Below, one piece after another: positions 49,152 through 57,726 of a stretch of 64,000 bases of DNA. Source of the DNA: Candidatus Omnitrophota bacterium. Its GTDB lineage: Bacteria > Omnitrophota > Gorgyraeia > Gygaellales > Profunditerraquicolaceae. The notes under the pieces were generated by a model, which saw only the letters and a program-made list of their open reading frames with translations, did no database searches and was not told where the DNA came from. The DNA lies in assembly GCA_028716965.1 (NCBI GenBank), contig JAQUOV010000003.1, positions 140,756 through 204,755 on the forward strand. The letters are read 5' to 3'. The position numbers and the translations under genes are program-made. Numbering within the stretch: position 1 is the stretch's first letter; each line of letters begins with the position of its first letter.

Positions 49152-50003
49152 TTATATATCCACCCTGCTTAATTTACGTATAAAAATAATACCAAGTATT
49201 TCAGAAACAATCGCGTAACCCATAAGGCCTCTTCCGAAGTTATCTTTAATGAACACGTCAAAAAAACCTGGATTCACCTTATACACAAATATCCCGAATA
49301 AGATAGGCAATATCGACATAATTATCCCCTGCATGTTTGCCTGCACGCAGAGGGCCTGGACCCTTCCAATAAGCTTATTCCTCTCCTGGATAGTATAGAT
49401 TACCCTGGAAAATGTCTGGGTAAGGTCTCCTCCGGTCTCCCTGGCTACCAGCATCGCGGTTACAACCATATCCAGTTCATCCAGGCGCATACGCTTCTTA
49501 AGCTTAGTCATCGCCTCCTCAAGAGAAACACCCATCTGCATCTGGCGTATGACAAGGCCAAACTCCTGGCTGATGGGGTTAGGCATCTCCTGCGCCAACT
49601 CCTCAAATGACTGCAAGAGGCTTAACCCCGCCTTAAGAGAGCTGGATAGAATCATTAACCCGTCAACAAGCTGCGAGGCGAATTTTTGCCTGCGTAAAGC
49701 TTCAAGCCGCTTGACGACAAAAATAGGAATAGCCAACCCCGCTGCTGCCGCCGCCGCGGCAACCCATATATTATAGGTAATGAAAAAACCCAATAACCCA
49801 CTTATTATAGGTGAAAGCACATCGATCAGCAGCAGCTTGTTTAACGTGATATCCAGAAACATGCTGTTTAACTTCGGGGTTATTTTATCCAACCTTTTCC
49901 TTTGCCAGCGATCCATTAAGGTTTCAAGAAAAGGATAAGACAGATTAATAAGATAAAAAACCCCAAAGAAGACCACTGCGAACAACAGTATCTTTGTCAG
50001 CAT
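49152..50003 (-). CDS. TadB-like inner-membrane platform protein (T2SS-F domain); alternative GTG start at 50009
   Basis: ILSSSLKAGLSLLQSFEELAQ ... VARETGGDLTQTFSRV; GGAG Shine-Dalgarno before ATG 50003. Confidence 0.75.
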   Translation of the reverse strand: MLTKILLFAVVFFGVFYLINLSYPFLETLMDRWQRKRLDKITPKLNSMFLDITLNKLLLIDVLSPIISGLLGFFITYNIWVAAAAAAAGLAIPIFVVKRLEALRRQKFASQLVDGLMILSSSLKAGLSLLQSFEELAQEMPNPISQEFGLVIRQMQMGVSLEEAMTKLKKRMRLDELDMVVTAMLVARETGGDLTQTFSRVIYTIQERNKLIGRVQALCVQANMQGIIMSILPILFGIFVYKVNPGFFDVFIKDNFGRGLMGYAIVSEILGIIFIRKLSRVDI

Positions 50004-50033
50004 TTGCACAACTCCATATTTGTACTTATCGCA

Positions 50034-50360
50034 TTACTTCCACCAGAACTCCTGGTCAGAAGTAGCAACTGATTCGCTTGTAGTTTTATCACTCGTTTGG
50101 CCATCAGTCGGGATCGTAGATACAGTTTGCTTATCTTTAAGTACCTCGCTAGATTCGGTACTGCTGGTAGTTGTATAATGCCCCGTGGTGTAACCCGGTG
50201 AAAACTGTTGGCCCATACTATCGGCACTTTCTCTTAATTTACCCTGGTATCCTCTCTTAAGATAAACCTGCATTGCGATAAGTCCGGCGACGATCACCCC
50301 GATCAAAATAGCATACTCCAATGTTGTCTGCGCCTTATTCCGCTTAAATTTGTTAAACAT
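50034..50360 (-). CDS. Flp-family pilin paralog with S/T-rich C-terminal extension (start ATG 50360)
   Basis: MFNKFKRNKAQTTLEYAILIGVIVAGLIAMQVYLKRGYQGKLRESADSMG; AAGGAGGTGA Shine-Dalgarno. Confidence 0.7.
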   Translation of the reverse strand: MFNKFKRNKAQTTLEYAILIGVIVAGLIAMQVYLKRGYQGKLRESADSMGQQFSPGYTTGHYTTTSSTESSEVLKDKQTVSTIPTDGQTSDKTTSESVATSDQEFWWK

Positions 50361-50388
50361 AAAACTCACCTCCTTAATCATTATATTT

Positions 50389-50727
50389 TTATTCTTCCTT
50401 AGGTACCAATATCGTCTGAGAACCACCTCTCCTGCTAGCATCGGTAGAACTCCTGGTGACCGCACCTCCAGTTAGCAAATCTTCATCTTCACTTGAGTTG
50501 CGCTTGCTGCTAAAATCTGATTCTAAATAATAGGGCTCATATTGCTTAGTTGTAAAGGTCACCGAATCTCCTGATGCGCCTCCGTAGTCAACATAATTCA
50601 CCGCGTCCTTGATCCTGCCCTGGAAACCCCTCTTAACATAAGTCTGCATACCTATTACTGCAGCAACTATTAACCCCAGCACGATAACATACTCTGCCGT
50701 GCTCTGCGCTCTTATATTCCTTAACAT
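50389..50727 (-). CDS. Flp-family pilin paralog (start ATG 50727)
   Basis: MLRNIRAQSTAEYVIVLGLIVAAVIGMQTYVKRGFQGRIKD; GGAGGTGA Shine-Dalgarno. Confidence 0.7.
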   Translation of the reverse strand: MLRNIRAQSTAEYVIVLGLIVAAVIGMQTYVKRGFQGRIKDAVNYVDYGGASGDSVTFTTKQYEPYYLESDFSSKRNSSEDEDLLTGGAVTRSSTDASRRGGSQTILVPKEE

Positions 50728-50753
50728 TTTCAATCACCTCCTTAAGAATTGCC

Positions 50754-50927
50754 TTATTCGAAATTAACATGGTTGACCGCGGTCTCCGCCTGCGTCGCCA
50801 CATGATCAAGCATATTATTCATTTTCGGCTTGATAATCGAGTTTGCGGCCAAGATTACTGCCCCTATAATCGCCGTGAAGATAATAATGTATTCAAGAGT
50901 ACTCTGCGCCTTTTTCTGCTTTAACAT
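50754..50927 (-). CDS. Flp-family pilin, 57 aa (start ATG 50927); candidate major pilin
   Basis: MLKQKKAQSTLEYIIIFTAIIGAVILAANS...; GGGGGTGA Shine-Dalgarno. Confidence 0.7.
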   Translation of the reverse strand: MLKQKKAQSTLEYIIIFTAIIGAVILAANSIIKPKMNNMLDHVATQAETAVNHVNFE

Positions 50928-50961
50928 TTTTCTCACCCCCTCTCTAAGATTTTCTGAAACT

Positions 50962-51021
50962 TTACCAGTATAAAAAATAAAAAAACCGAAGTTTCAATCT
51001 CCGTTACAAGAATCTTCGGTT
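50962..51021 (-). terminator. Rho-independent terminator (minus strand) downstream of the transposase gene
   Basis: Stem AACCGAAG (50984-50991) / CTTCGGTT (51014-51021) with a 22-nt loop, then on the minus strand a U-tract of 7 T, A, 6 T. Confidence 0.6.
50967..50997 (-). promoter_or_regulatory. Possible promoter for the pilin genes, overlapping the terminator (TTGAAA, 19 nt, TATACT)
   Basis: -35 at 50997..50992 and -10 at 50972..50967 on the minus strand; spacer longer than optimal. Confidence 0.25.
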
Positions 51022-51230
51022 CTCGCTAAGCCGGCTAATATTCTGGCCTGACCTAATATAAGATAATCAAAGAAAACAAATTTTGGCGTATATAGTCCCG
51101 TGGCCTTGCGCATCCACTTTCCTCCGATAGCGGAATTGCTTTTTTCTTATTACTTTTAAAATGCACCTAAAATATAACACCTATTAGTAAGCATGTCAAT
51201 AATACTTAACCTCCTTTAAGAAAGCGTTTT

Positions 51231-52844
51231 CTAAAGCAGGCACCAAAGGCGGCTGCTGTCCGCGAAGATGATTTCCCTCTCGTTTATCCTATGACAGGCA
51301 TATTCCAGTTCTTTTAGGAAAGGATACCCCGCAGGAGGGTAGAATTTCACTATGGAGCAGCCATCCCCTCTCTTTAGAATTGTATTAAGGCTATAAAAAT
51401 GTTGTTTTGCCTCCGGAAAACACTTGTCTTTAAAGACCTCGGGCAGAAAATACCAACGCACATACAAATCCAGGATCTGCAGATAATTCTCAAAAATTGC
51501 CTTTGTTTGAGGGGGGTTTTGAAGCTGCTCTGCACATTCCGCTGATAAAAAACGTTGGGAGTTGCCTGTATAAGTAAAGAACTCTATCTTCCTGCTGTAA
51601 TCCTTGAATGTTTCCCCTAAATTCGGCCAACGGCTAAGATATATATTTGCCAGCTTTTCAGGCTGGCTACTATCAAAAACAAGGTTACTTAAAATAACCA
51701 TCCTGGTTTTTTCTGAAAGTGTGTTTCTTATTGCGCAGCCCTTTAATGTAACTGACTGTCCTGCATCTGGTTGAGATATTTCAATCTCTATTTCAGAGAG
51801 GAAAAATTTTAGCCCCACCGGCTCGAAAACGAATGGTTTGAATTCTCCTATATTTAAGATCTTACGATAATCTACAAATTGCCAGGGCCACATTGCAAAG
51901 ACAAAAAAACGCTTTTTGCCGGAATTTAACTGGATTGAGTTTAACTCTTCAAGCTTGTTCCCATAAATCTTTAAACCGGCAACATCTCTACCTTTTAACT
52001 CCAGCCCTAAGATAAAATTAAAAAATTCCTTAGTAGGGACATTGTGCCCTGGGGCGGTAAATAAAACTAAAGGGGCATTATCTTTGAAGTGCCTATTTAT
52101 GTAACGACTTGTATTGCATATAGTTGTAGAAAAAGAATATGGCGTATGGGGGGTGGACCAAACAGTATACATATTGCCATCTACATATGAACTTTCATTG
52201 TTTGAAAAATCAATTCTCATACAACGGGCCTCTTTAAACACATTCCTGGTTGCCTGGGATATAACCTTATCTAATGACGTAACTGATTGTAAATCATTAT
52301 GATACGACATTATATCTTCAAAAGAGAGATTCTTGCCAATTAGCGCCTGTAAACCACTGATCTGGTTTTCTTGAGATTTCTCAAATAAAGGGAGATAAAT
52401 TAAGCCTTCTGTCTTTGCCATAATATCGTCTATGCCAATCTTCAGGCTATTCTTAACCGATTCTATGATACTTAGGCTGCCACCGATTAAGCTATCTGCA
52501 GCTTTCAGAAGGATTGCTCCTGTACACTGTATTTCCGGCTGTGGCTGAGCCTGAAGGCTGACTTTTGGCAGTTCTTCAGCCAGCTTTTCGGGCTCAGGCA
52601 CTAATCTCAAAACCTCCTGTATGGACTCTTTTATCGAATCCTTTTTCCTAAGCCTGGACCTTCCTACAGGCATGCTCAAGCCAGCCTCCTTAAACACTGA
52701 ATTAATGCTGGATTTGGATACCTCTATCTGAAATTTCTGTAAAATTAGATGAGATAGGCTCCTACAGCTTAGCGCGGGATTGGCTCTTTTCTGATCAAGG
52801 ATAAATTGCCTTGTTTCTGGCTTTAGTTTATGAATTACACCCAT
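51231..52844 (-). CDS. Putative DDE transposase (IS4/IS1634-like) with N-terminal HTH; start at ATG 52844 (track used TTG 52874)
   Basis: N-terminal HTH-like KPETRQFILDQKRANPALSCRSLSHLIL; C-terminal YLSRWPNLGETFKDYSRKIE resembles the IS4-family YxxRxxxExxxxxxK region. Confidence 0.5.
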   Translation of the reverse strand: MGVIHKLKPETRQFILDQKRANPALSCRSLSHLILQKFQIEVSKSSINSVFKEAGLSMPVGRSRLRKKDSIKESIQEVLRLVPEPEKLAEELPKVSLQAQPQPEIQCTGAILLKAADSLIGGSLSIIESVKNSLKIGIDDIMAKTEGLIYLPLFEKSQENQISGLQALIGKNLSFEDIMSYHNDLQSVTSLDKVISQATRNVFKEARCMRIDFSNNESSYVDGNMYTVWSTPHTPYSFSTTICNTSRYINRHFKDNAPLVLFTAPGHNVPTKEFFNFILGLELKGRDVAGLKIYGNKLEELNSIQLNSGKKRFFVFAMWPWQFVDYRKILNIGEFKPFVFEPVGLKFFLSEIEIEISQPDAGQSVTLKGCAIRNTLSEKTRMVILSNLVFDSSQPEKLANIYLSRWPNLGETFKDYSRKIEFFTYTGNSQRFLSAECAEQLQNPPQTKAIFENYLQILDLYVRWYFLPEVFKDKCFPEAKQHFYSLNTILKRGDGCSIVKFYPPAGYPFLKELEYACHRINEREIIFADSSRLWCLL

Positions 52845-52932
52845 ATTTTCTCCAGATTGGACATTATTAGCCAATATTAATGTACAATAAAATAGTCAAT
52901 ATGTCAACAATAATTCAGTTTGGACATTATTA

Positions 52933-52990
52933 GGGACGCTTTTGCACCTAAAGCAGGGACGTTTCTTAGCCTAATCGGAAAACTGTCCCC
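52933..52990 (-). repeat. REP-like element copy B (inverted relative to A and C)
   Basis: Reverse complement GGGGACAGTTTTCCGATTAGGCTAAGAAACGTCCCTGCTTTAGGTGCAAAAGCGTCCC matches copies A and C. Confidence 0.8.
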
Positions 52991-53057
52991 CCCCCTCCAG
53001 GAATATTTTGTTAGATTTTATTATATTGCAGCGTCTATTATAGCGGAGGTGATAAAT

Positions 53058-53540
53058 ATGCCAAGAAGTGCAAGATTAATTCTAGATAACGCATGCTATC
53101 ATTTGATGGCACGAGGGAATCAAAGACAATATACTTTTATTGAAGATGAAGATTTCAATAAATACCTTGAGCTATTAAAACATTATAAAAACAAGTATTA
53201 TTTTAAACTGTATGGTTATTGCTTAATGCCAAACCATGTGCATTTAATAGTAGAGCTTAATAAATCATCTATACTGGGAAAGATTATGCAAGGACTGAAC
53301 TTAGCATATACAATCTGGTTCAACAAAAAATATAATAAAGTGGGCCATCTCTGGCAGGGAAGATATAAGAGTAAGCTGATTCAAAAGAATAAATACTTGT
53401 TAGATTGCATAGAATATGTGGAGTTTAATCCAATAAGATCAAATATGTGGAAATCTCCTTTTGACCATCCTTGGAGCAGCTGGAAAGAACGCATGGGATA
53501 TAAAGAAAACAGCCTCGTAGATACTCCTAACTTAAGCTAA
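53058..53540 (+). CDS. REP-associated tyrosine transposase (RAYT, IS200-like Y1 HuH transposase)
   Basis: HuH motif LMPNHVHLIVE; catalytic Tyr region WQGRYKSKLI; GGAGGTGA Shine-Dalgarno 6 nt before ATG 53058 (track start 52920 is an over-extension); flanked by inverted REP copies B and C. Confidence 0.85.
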   Translation: MPRSARLILDNACYHLMARGNQRQYTFIEDEDFNKYLELLKHYKNKYYFKLYGYCLMPNHVHLIVELNKSSILGKIMQGLNLAYTIWFNKKYNKVGHLWQGRYKSKLIQKNKYLLDCIEYVEFNPIRSNMWKSPFDHPWSSWKERMGYKENSLVDTPNLS

Positions 53541-53598
53541 GGGGACACTTCTCCGATTGGGTAGGGAAGCGTCCCTGCTTTGGGTTCAGAAACGTCCC
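53541..53598 (+). repeat. REP-like element copy C
   Basis: GGGGACACTTCTCCGATTGGGTAGGGAAGCGTCCCTGCTTTGGGTTCAGAAACGTCCC, immediately after the RAYT stop codon. Confidence 0.8.
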
Positions 53599-53942
53599 TA
53601 ATCTATTAAGGTGATGTGGTCGCCTGTTTGGGTAGAGGTTCTTTCCAGGGTTCCTGCGGGAAGTTCAATACTAAATAGCGCGTTTAAATAAATACCGCTT
53701 ATCCTAAACGGCCGCATACTGCGGATCTCCCTTGTAATTCTGTTATTGGAATCAACAAAGATTACGTCTATGGCAAATTGCATAAAGAAAGTGTGGATTG
53801 AATTACAGGGTTTGATTATTAAAGCTTGTCCTTGTTTAAGCTCCCTGCGGTTTAACAAGCCAACCATCCTTCTTAACGGAGTTTTGGCAATAGCCGCATC
53901 CTCTGCTAAGCTTGTACCGCGGTCTTTGTTGATTATTTTCAT
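53598..53942 (-). CDS. DUF192-family protein
   Basis: HTFFMQFAIDVIFVD matches the DUF192 core; the ATG overlaps the TGA of the upstream ATPase gene (ATGA). Confidence 0.65.
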   Translation of the reverse strand: MKIINKDRGTSLAEDAAIAKTPLRRMVGLLNRRELKQGQALIIKPCNSIHTFFMQFAIDVIFVDSNNRITREIRSMRPFRISGIYLNALFSIELPAGTLERTSTQTGDHITLID

Positions 53943-56101
53943 AAAGAAGGGTTAAAAATATCGTCGGAGATCGAGATGCCCTGCACCCTGAGCTGTTCCA
54001 CAAAAGAGGGGATGTAACCTGTAGGTTTGAATTCACCAAGGACTTTGCCGTCCTTGTCCACTCCTGTCTGTTTGAATATAAAAATATCCTTTAAACCAAC
54101 ATGCACCTCATCAATCATGCCGATCATCTCTGAAACCTGCGTTACCTTTCTTGAACCATCGGATAACCTGGCAGTATGGATAATAATATTGATTGCCGAG
54201 GCGATCATCTCCCTGATTGCACGCACAGGAAGTTCTGCCCCCGACATAAGGATCATAGAATCCATCCTGGAGATAACGTCCCGGGTTGAATTCGCATGTA
54301 TCGTAGTCATAGATCCGTCGTGGCCTGTATTCATTGCCTGAAGCATATCCAGAGTCTCCGCCCCACGGCACTCGCCGATTATAATCCTATCGGGGCGCAT
54401 ACGCAGAGAATTGCGGAAAAGGTCCCTGGAGGTAATCGCGCCTTTCCCTTCAACGTTAGGAGGCCGTGATTCAAGGCGCACCCAATGTTCCTGTTTTAAT
54501 TTCAATTCCGCAGCATCTTCAATAGTGATAATACGCTCAGTAGGCGGGATAAATACTGACAGCACATTCAATACGGTTGTTTTACCCGAGCCCGTCCCAC
54601 CGGAAACAATTGTATTCTTTCTGGATAAGATACATGCCTGCATAAAATCAGCCATGGGTTTGGTTAAAGTATTTAAACGTAATAAGTCGTCCGTAACCAG
54701 CCGCTCGCGTCCAAATTTTCTTATAGTCAGCGTAGGGCCGGTTAAAGAAAGCGGAGGGATGATCGCGTTAACGCGTGAGCCGTCGGAAAGCCGGGCGTCC
54801 ACCATGGGGGCGCTTTCATCAATGCGCCTGCCTAAAGGAGCGATTATACGTTCAATAACCTGGCGTACCTGTTCATTGGAAAGGAACCTCTTGGGGGATA
54901 ACTCTATTCTGCCGTGGCGCTCAATGTATATCTGGTTTTTATTATTGACCATGATATCGGAAATATCCGAATCATTGACTAAATCCTCCAGTGGCCCAAG
55001 CCCCAATGCCTCATCAATTATCTCTTTGACCAGCCTTTTCCTTACATCGGAAGGAGAAAGGAACACCCCGGTTTCTTCCGCCAGGGCATTGGTAATTACC
55101 TTCTCGGTTTTTTCTTTTACGGCCTGAGCCTTGGCCGGGTCACTCATATCAATCTCTAAATGCTTAAGGTCAAGTTTTTCAATCAACCTTTGATGTATGC
55201 GCTTCTTTAATTCAATGATCTCATCCGGCTCCCTATCTTCACCTTCCGGGGTAAAAGCCTCATGGCCTAATTTAAATTTCTTCCAGAAATCCCCCTCTTT
55301 TGCAAAAAAACCCTCGCCTGCTGCAGAAGGCAAGGCAATCTCCTGTCGCTTAAGAAATAAACTCTCATCCTCGCTAAGCAGTGTGGCTAATTTCTTAATA
55401 CTTTGGCTGGCTCTACAATTAAGGTTGTCTATGACAAGTGGTATCCGCCTGTTTAATGCTAAACCCGCAGCCTTGCCTTCTGAAGATATACGGCTGATTA
55501 TCTCGCATGGCACAGCAGCACGCACCTCCTGCCAGATAACCCCGCCTAAGCTCTGGGCGCGGTTTAAAATGATCTTAATCATGCCCAAGGGGATATAGAG
55601 CGACTGCAAAATATCCAAAGACCACTTTGTTTGATAGACGGATAATATATCCGGTGTTACTACCAAAAGTACAAGGTTGGCGTGGTTGAAGACGGAAAAC
55701 AGGCTTTCGGTAAAAGCGCGTCCGGCGTCTATGATTATATAGTCATACTCCTTTTCCAACGCATCCAGAACAAGCTTGATCTTTTCGCTGTCTACACGAA
55801 ATATCTGGTTGGGTTTTAATACTGCGGGAAGGAAATCAATACTGTATTTCTCAATATAAATCAGGTCTCCTTTTACGGAGGCCTTTGTGGGGTCCTTTTT
55901 CAATGCCTCTGCCAAATCAAGCAGCGATTTGTCAGCCGTAATATCAAGCCAGCGGGGCATGTCTCCTGCGCCCTGTAAATCTAAATCAATAAGCGCTACT
56001 TTTTTACGCAGGTAATAACCCAGGCTGACAGCCAAATTCGTCGCAAGCAAGGTTTTGCCTACCCCGCCCTTTGTGCTGAATATGACTATTGTTTTTGACA
56101 T
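53939..56101 (-). CDS. Fusion protein: N-terminal TadZ/CpaE-like ParA/MinD ATPase domain plus C-terminal TadA/CpaF secretion ATPase
   Basis: N-term IVIFSTKGGVGKT (deviant Walker A). C-term VSGGTGSGKTT, RMRPDRIIIGECRG, AMNTGHDGSMTTIHANS (VirB11/CpaF family). Confidence 0.85.
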   Translation of the reverse strand: MSKTIVIFSTKGGVGKTLLATNLAVSLGYYLRKKVALIDLDLQGAGDMPRWLDITADKSLLDLAEALKKDPTKASVKGDLIYIEKYSIDFLPAVLKPNQIFRVDSEKIKLVLDALEKEYDYIIIDAGRAFTESLFSVFNHANLVLLVVTPDILSVYQTKWSLDILQSLYIPLGMIKIILNRAQSLGGVIWQEVRAAVPCEIISRISSEGKAAGLALNRRIPLVIDNLNCRASQSIKKLATLLSEDESLFLKRQEIALPSAAGEGFFAKEGDFWKKFKLGHEAFTPEGEDREPDEIIELKKRIHQRLIEKLDLKHLEIDMSDPAKAQAVKEKTEKVITNALAEETGVFLSPSDVRKRLVKEIIDEALGLGPLEDLVNDSDISDIMVNNKNQIYIERHGRIELSPKRFLSNEQVRQVIERIIAPLGRRIDESAPMVDARLSDGSRVNAIIPPLSLTGPTLTIRKFGRERLVTDDLLRLNTLTKPMADFMQACILSRKNTIVSGGTGSGKTTVLNVLSVFIPPTERIITIEDAAELKLKQEHWVRLESRPPNVEGKGAITSRDLFRNSLRMRPDRIIIGECRGAETLDMLQAMNTGHDGSMTTIHANSTRDVISRMDSMILMSGAELPVRAIREMIASAINIIIHTARLSDGSRKVTQVSEMIGMIDEVHVGLKDIFIFKQTGVDKDGKVLGEFKPTGYIPSFVEQLRVQGISISDDIFNPSL

Positions 56102-56110
56102 GGCAAACGA

Positions 56111-57718
56111 TTAATTATTTCTAAAGTCTATCGGTACATCAACCCAAAGTTCCTGAGATTCTATCTGGGGAGGGAAAGGAGGATAAGGCGCCTGTTTTTT
56201 GGCTATATCATAAGCAGCGTCATCTAAAACCTTATAGCCCGAAGATTGCACTAATTTGATGCCTTTTAAAGCCCCGCTTGCGGTAATATTAAGGTTCAGC
56301 CGTACATTACCTTCCCAACCCGCGTTCTTGGCTTGTTGGGGATAATAAGCTGATTTAACTATCTTTGATTTAACTATCCGTACATAATTTCCGAGACTTC
56401 CCGGTAACTCCGGCTCGTTAAAAGATTCTTGTTTTTTCTCCGCGACAGAATCGGAAGAAGGTTTCTTCCCTTTAGGCTCATCCCGAGCGACTATAGTAGG
56501 TACGAGTGTAACGAATAATTCCGTATCATCTCTTGCCCCTTGCCCTTTCCCTATTTTAGTTACTCTTTGCCTGAAGAATAAGCCTAAAACCGGGATATCC
56601 GCAAGCCAAGGGAATTTACGCAGGTCTTCTTCTGTCTTTTGCTTAATCAAGCCGCCTATTGCCATGATCTGGCCGTTATTAAGGTAAAGTTCGCTGGAGA
56701 CGGAACGCTTGCTCAAAGGATATGCCTTAGCAGTAGGCGCGTCTTCTGATCCCAGGATCTCAGCTTCCCCTACGTCACTGACCTCTACATACAAATTTAA
56801 TTTTATTCGGTCATCTTCGGTTACAGAAGGCTTTATCTTTAACTTAATGCCGTATTCTTTATATTCCACGTTTGTGGAGGAGCTGCCTCCTGTTGACACG
56901 GCTGTAGTGAAAACAGGTTTTTCACCTCCCACAAGCAATTGTGCTTCTTTATTAGTTTGACAAGATAGCCGAGGACGAGAGAGAATACGCGCCTTGCCTT
57001 CCTGTATTAAAGCATCCAGCTTTAAAGTAAATGCGGCGCGGGTTATATTGGCAACATGAAATAACTTTCCCCAGGTTGTCCCTGCCGCTTGAATACCTGA
57101 AGAACCCACTTCAGTTAAGGTCATTGAACCCGGCCATGAAAACCCAAGGGTCTTGGTAGCATCTTTATTAAGCTCCAGTATCTGCACATCAATTTCTATT
57201 ACTGTTTCCTCTTCTTTGACCTCGACAAGATCAGATATCTTATCTTTAAGGTCGTTTAAGGCCAAGGCGATCCTTTCTTTATCCTTGGAAGTCTTTACCC
57301 TGCCCAAAATAATGACTTTTCCTTCGTCCTCTTCTGCCTTGGTATAAACCTCCGGCAAATCCAATTGGCCTAATAAATTATCCACCCGCTGCTTGATCAA
57401 GGTCATATCTTCCCTTATTACTTTTATATTTTCGGACTGCTCGCCAAAAGTATCCCAGTATACCAATGAAGTCTGTCCTGGTGATTTTGCGGAAAGAGCG
57501 ATCTCTGTTTCAGTGACATTAGAAATATCCGCTACCAGGGGATTACCGATAATGACCCTGGTGGGCATTTGCGTAGGGATTATTTTGGTCTCCCCCACAA
57601 GTAATTTTAATGTTTCCTGCGGGGCGTCGCCGGCTAATATGGGACCCACCAATACCAGCATCAAGACCGGAATCAAGCTTACCATGATAAAAGCGTTTAT
57701 TTTCTTACACATATTCAT
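56111..57718 (-). CDS. Secretin (CpaC/RcpA-like) with C-terminal TonB_C domain
   Basis: Secretin core LLVGGEKPV ... FPWLADIPVLGLFFRQR ... ELFVTLVPTIV. C-terminus YYPQQAKNAGWEGNVRLNLNITASGALKGIKLVQSSGYKVLDDAAYDIAKKQAPYPPFP matches the TonB C-terminal consensus. Confidence 0.85.
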   Translation of the reverse strand: MNMCKKINAFIMVSLIPVLMLVLVGPILAGDAPQETLKLLVGETKIIPTQMPTRVIIGNPLVADISNVTETEIALSAKSPGQTSLVYWDTFGEQSENIKVIREDMTLIKQRVDNLLGQLDLPEVYTKAEEDEGKVIILGRVKTSKDKERIALALNDLKDKISDLVEVKEEETVIEIDVQILELNKDATKTLGFSWPGSMTLTEVGSSGIQAAGTTWGKLFHVANITRAAFTLKLDALIQEGKARILSRPRLSCQTNKEAQLLVGGEKPVFTTAVSTGGSSSTNVEYKEYGIKLKIKPSVTEDDRIKLNLYVEVSDVGEAEILGSEDAPTAKAYPLSKRSVSSELYLNNGQIMAIGGLIKQKTEEDLRKFPWLADIPVLGLFFRQRVTKIGKGQGARDDTELFVTLVPTIVARDEPKGKKPSSDSVAEKKQESFNEPELPGSLGNYVRIVKSKIVKSAYYPQQAKNAGWEGNVRLNLNITASGALKGIKLVQSSGYKVLDDAAYDIAKKQAPYPPFPPQIESQELWVDVPIDFRNN

Positions 57719-57726
57719 CCTTAATT

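Noticed and set aside
52854-52931. TTGGACATTA pairs as terminal inverted repeats of the IS
   Set aside because: The copies are in direct orientation, and no matching sequence lies at the other end of the transposase gene (51021..51230).
52920-53057. Extended N-terminus of RAYT from the ORF-track start 52920
   Set aside because: The extension runs through REP-B. A strong Shine-Dalgarno and ATG at 53058 give the canonical RAYT length of about 160 aa.
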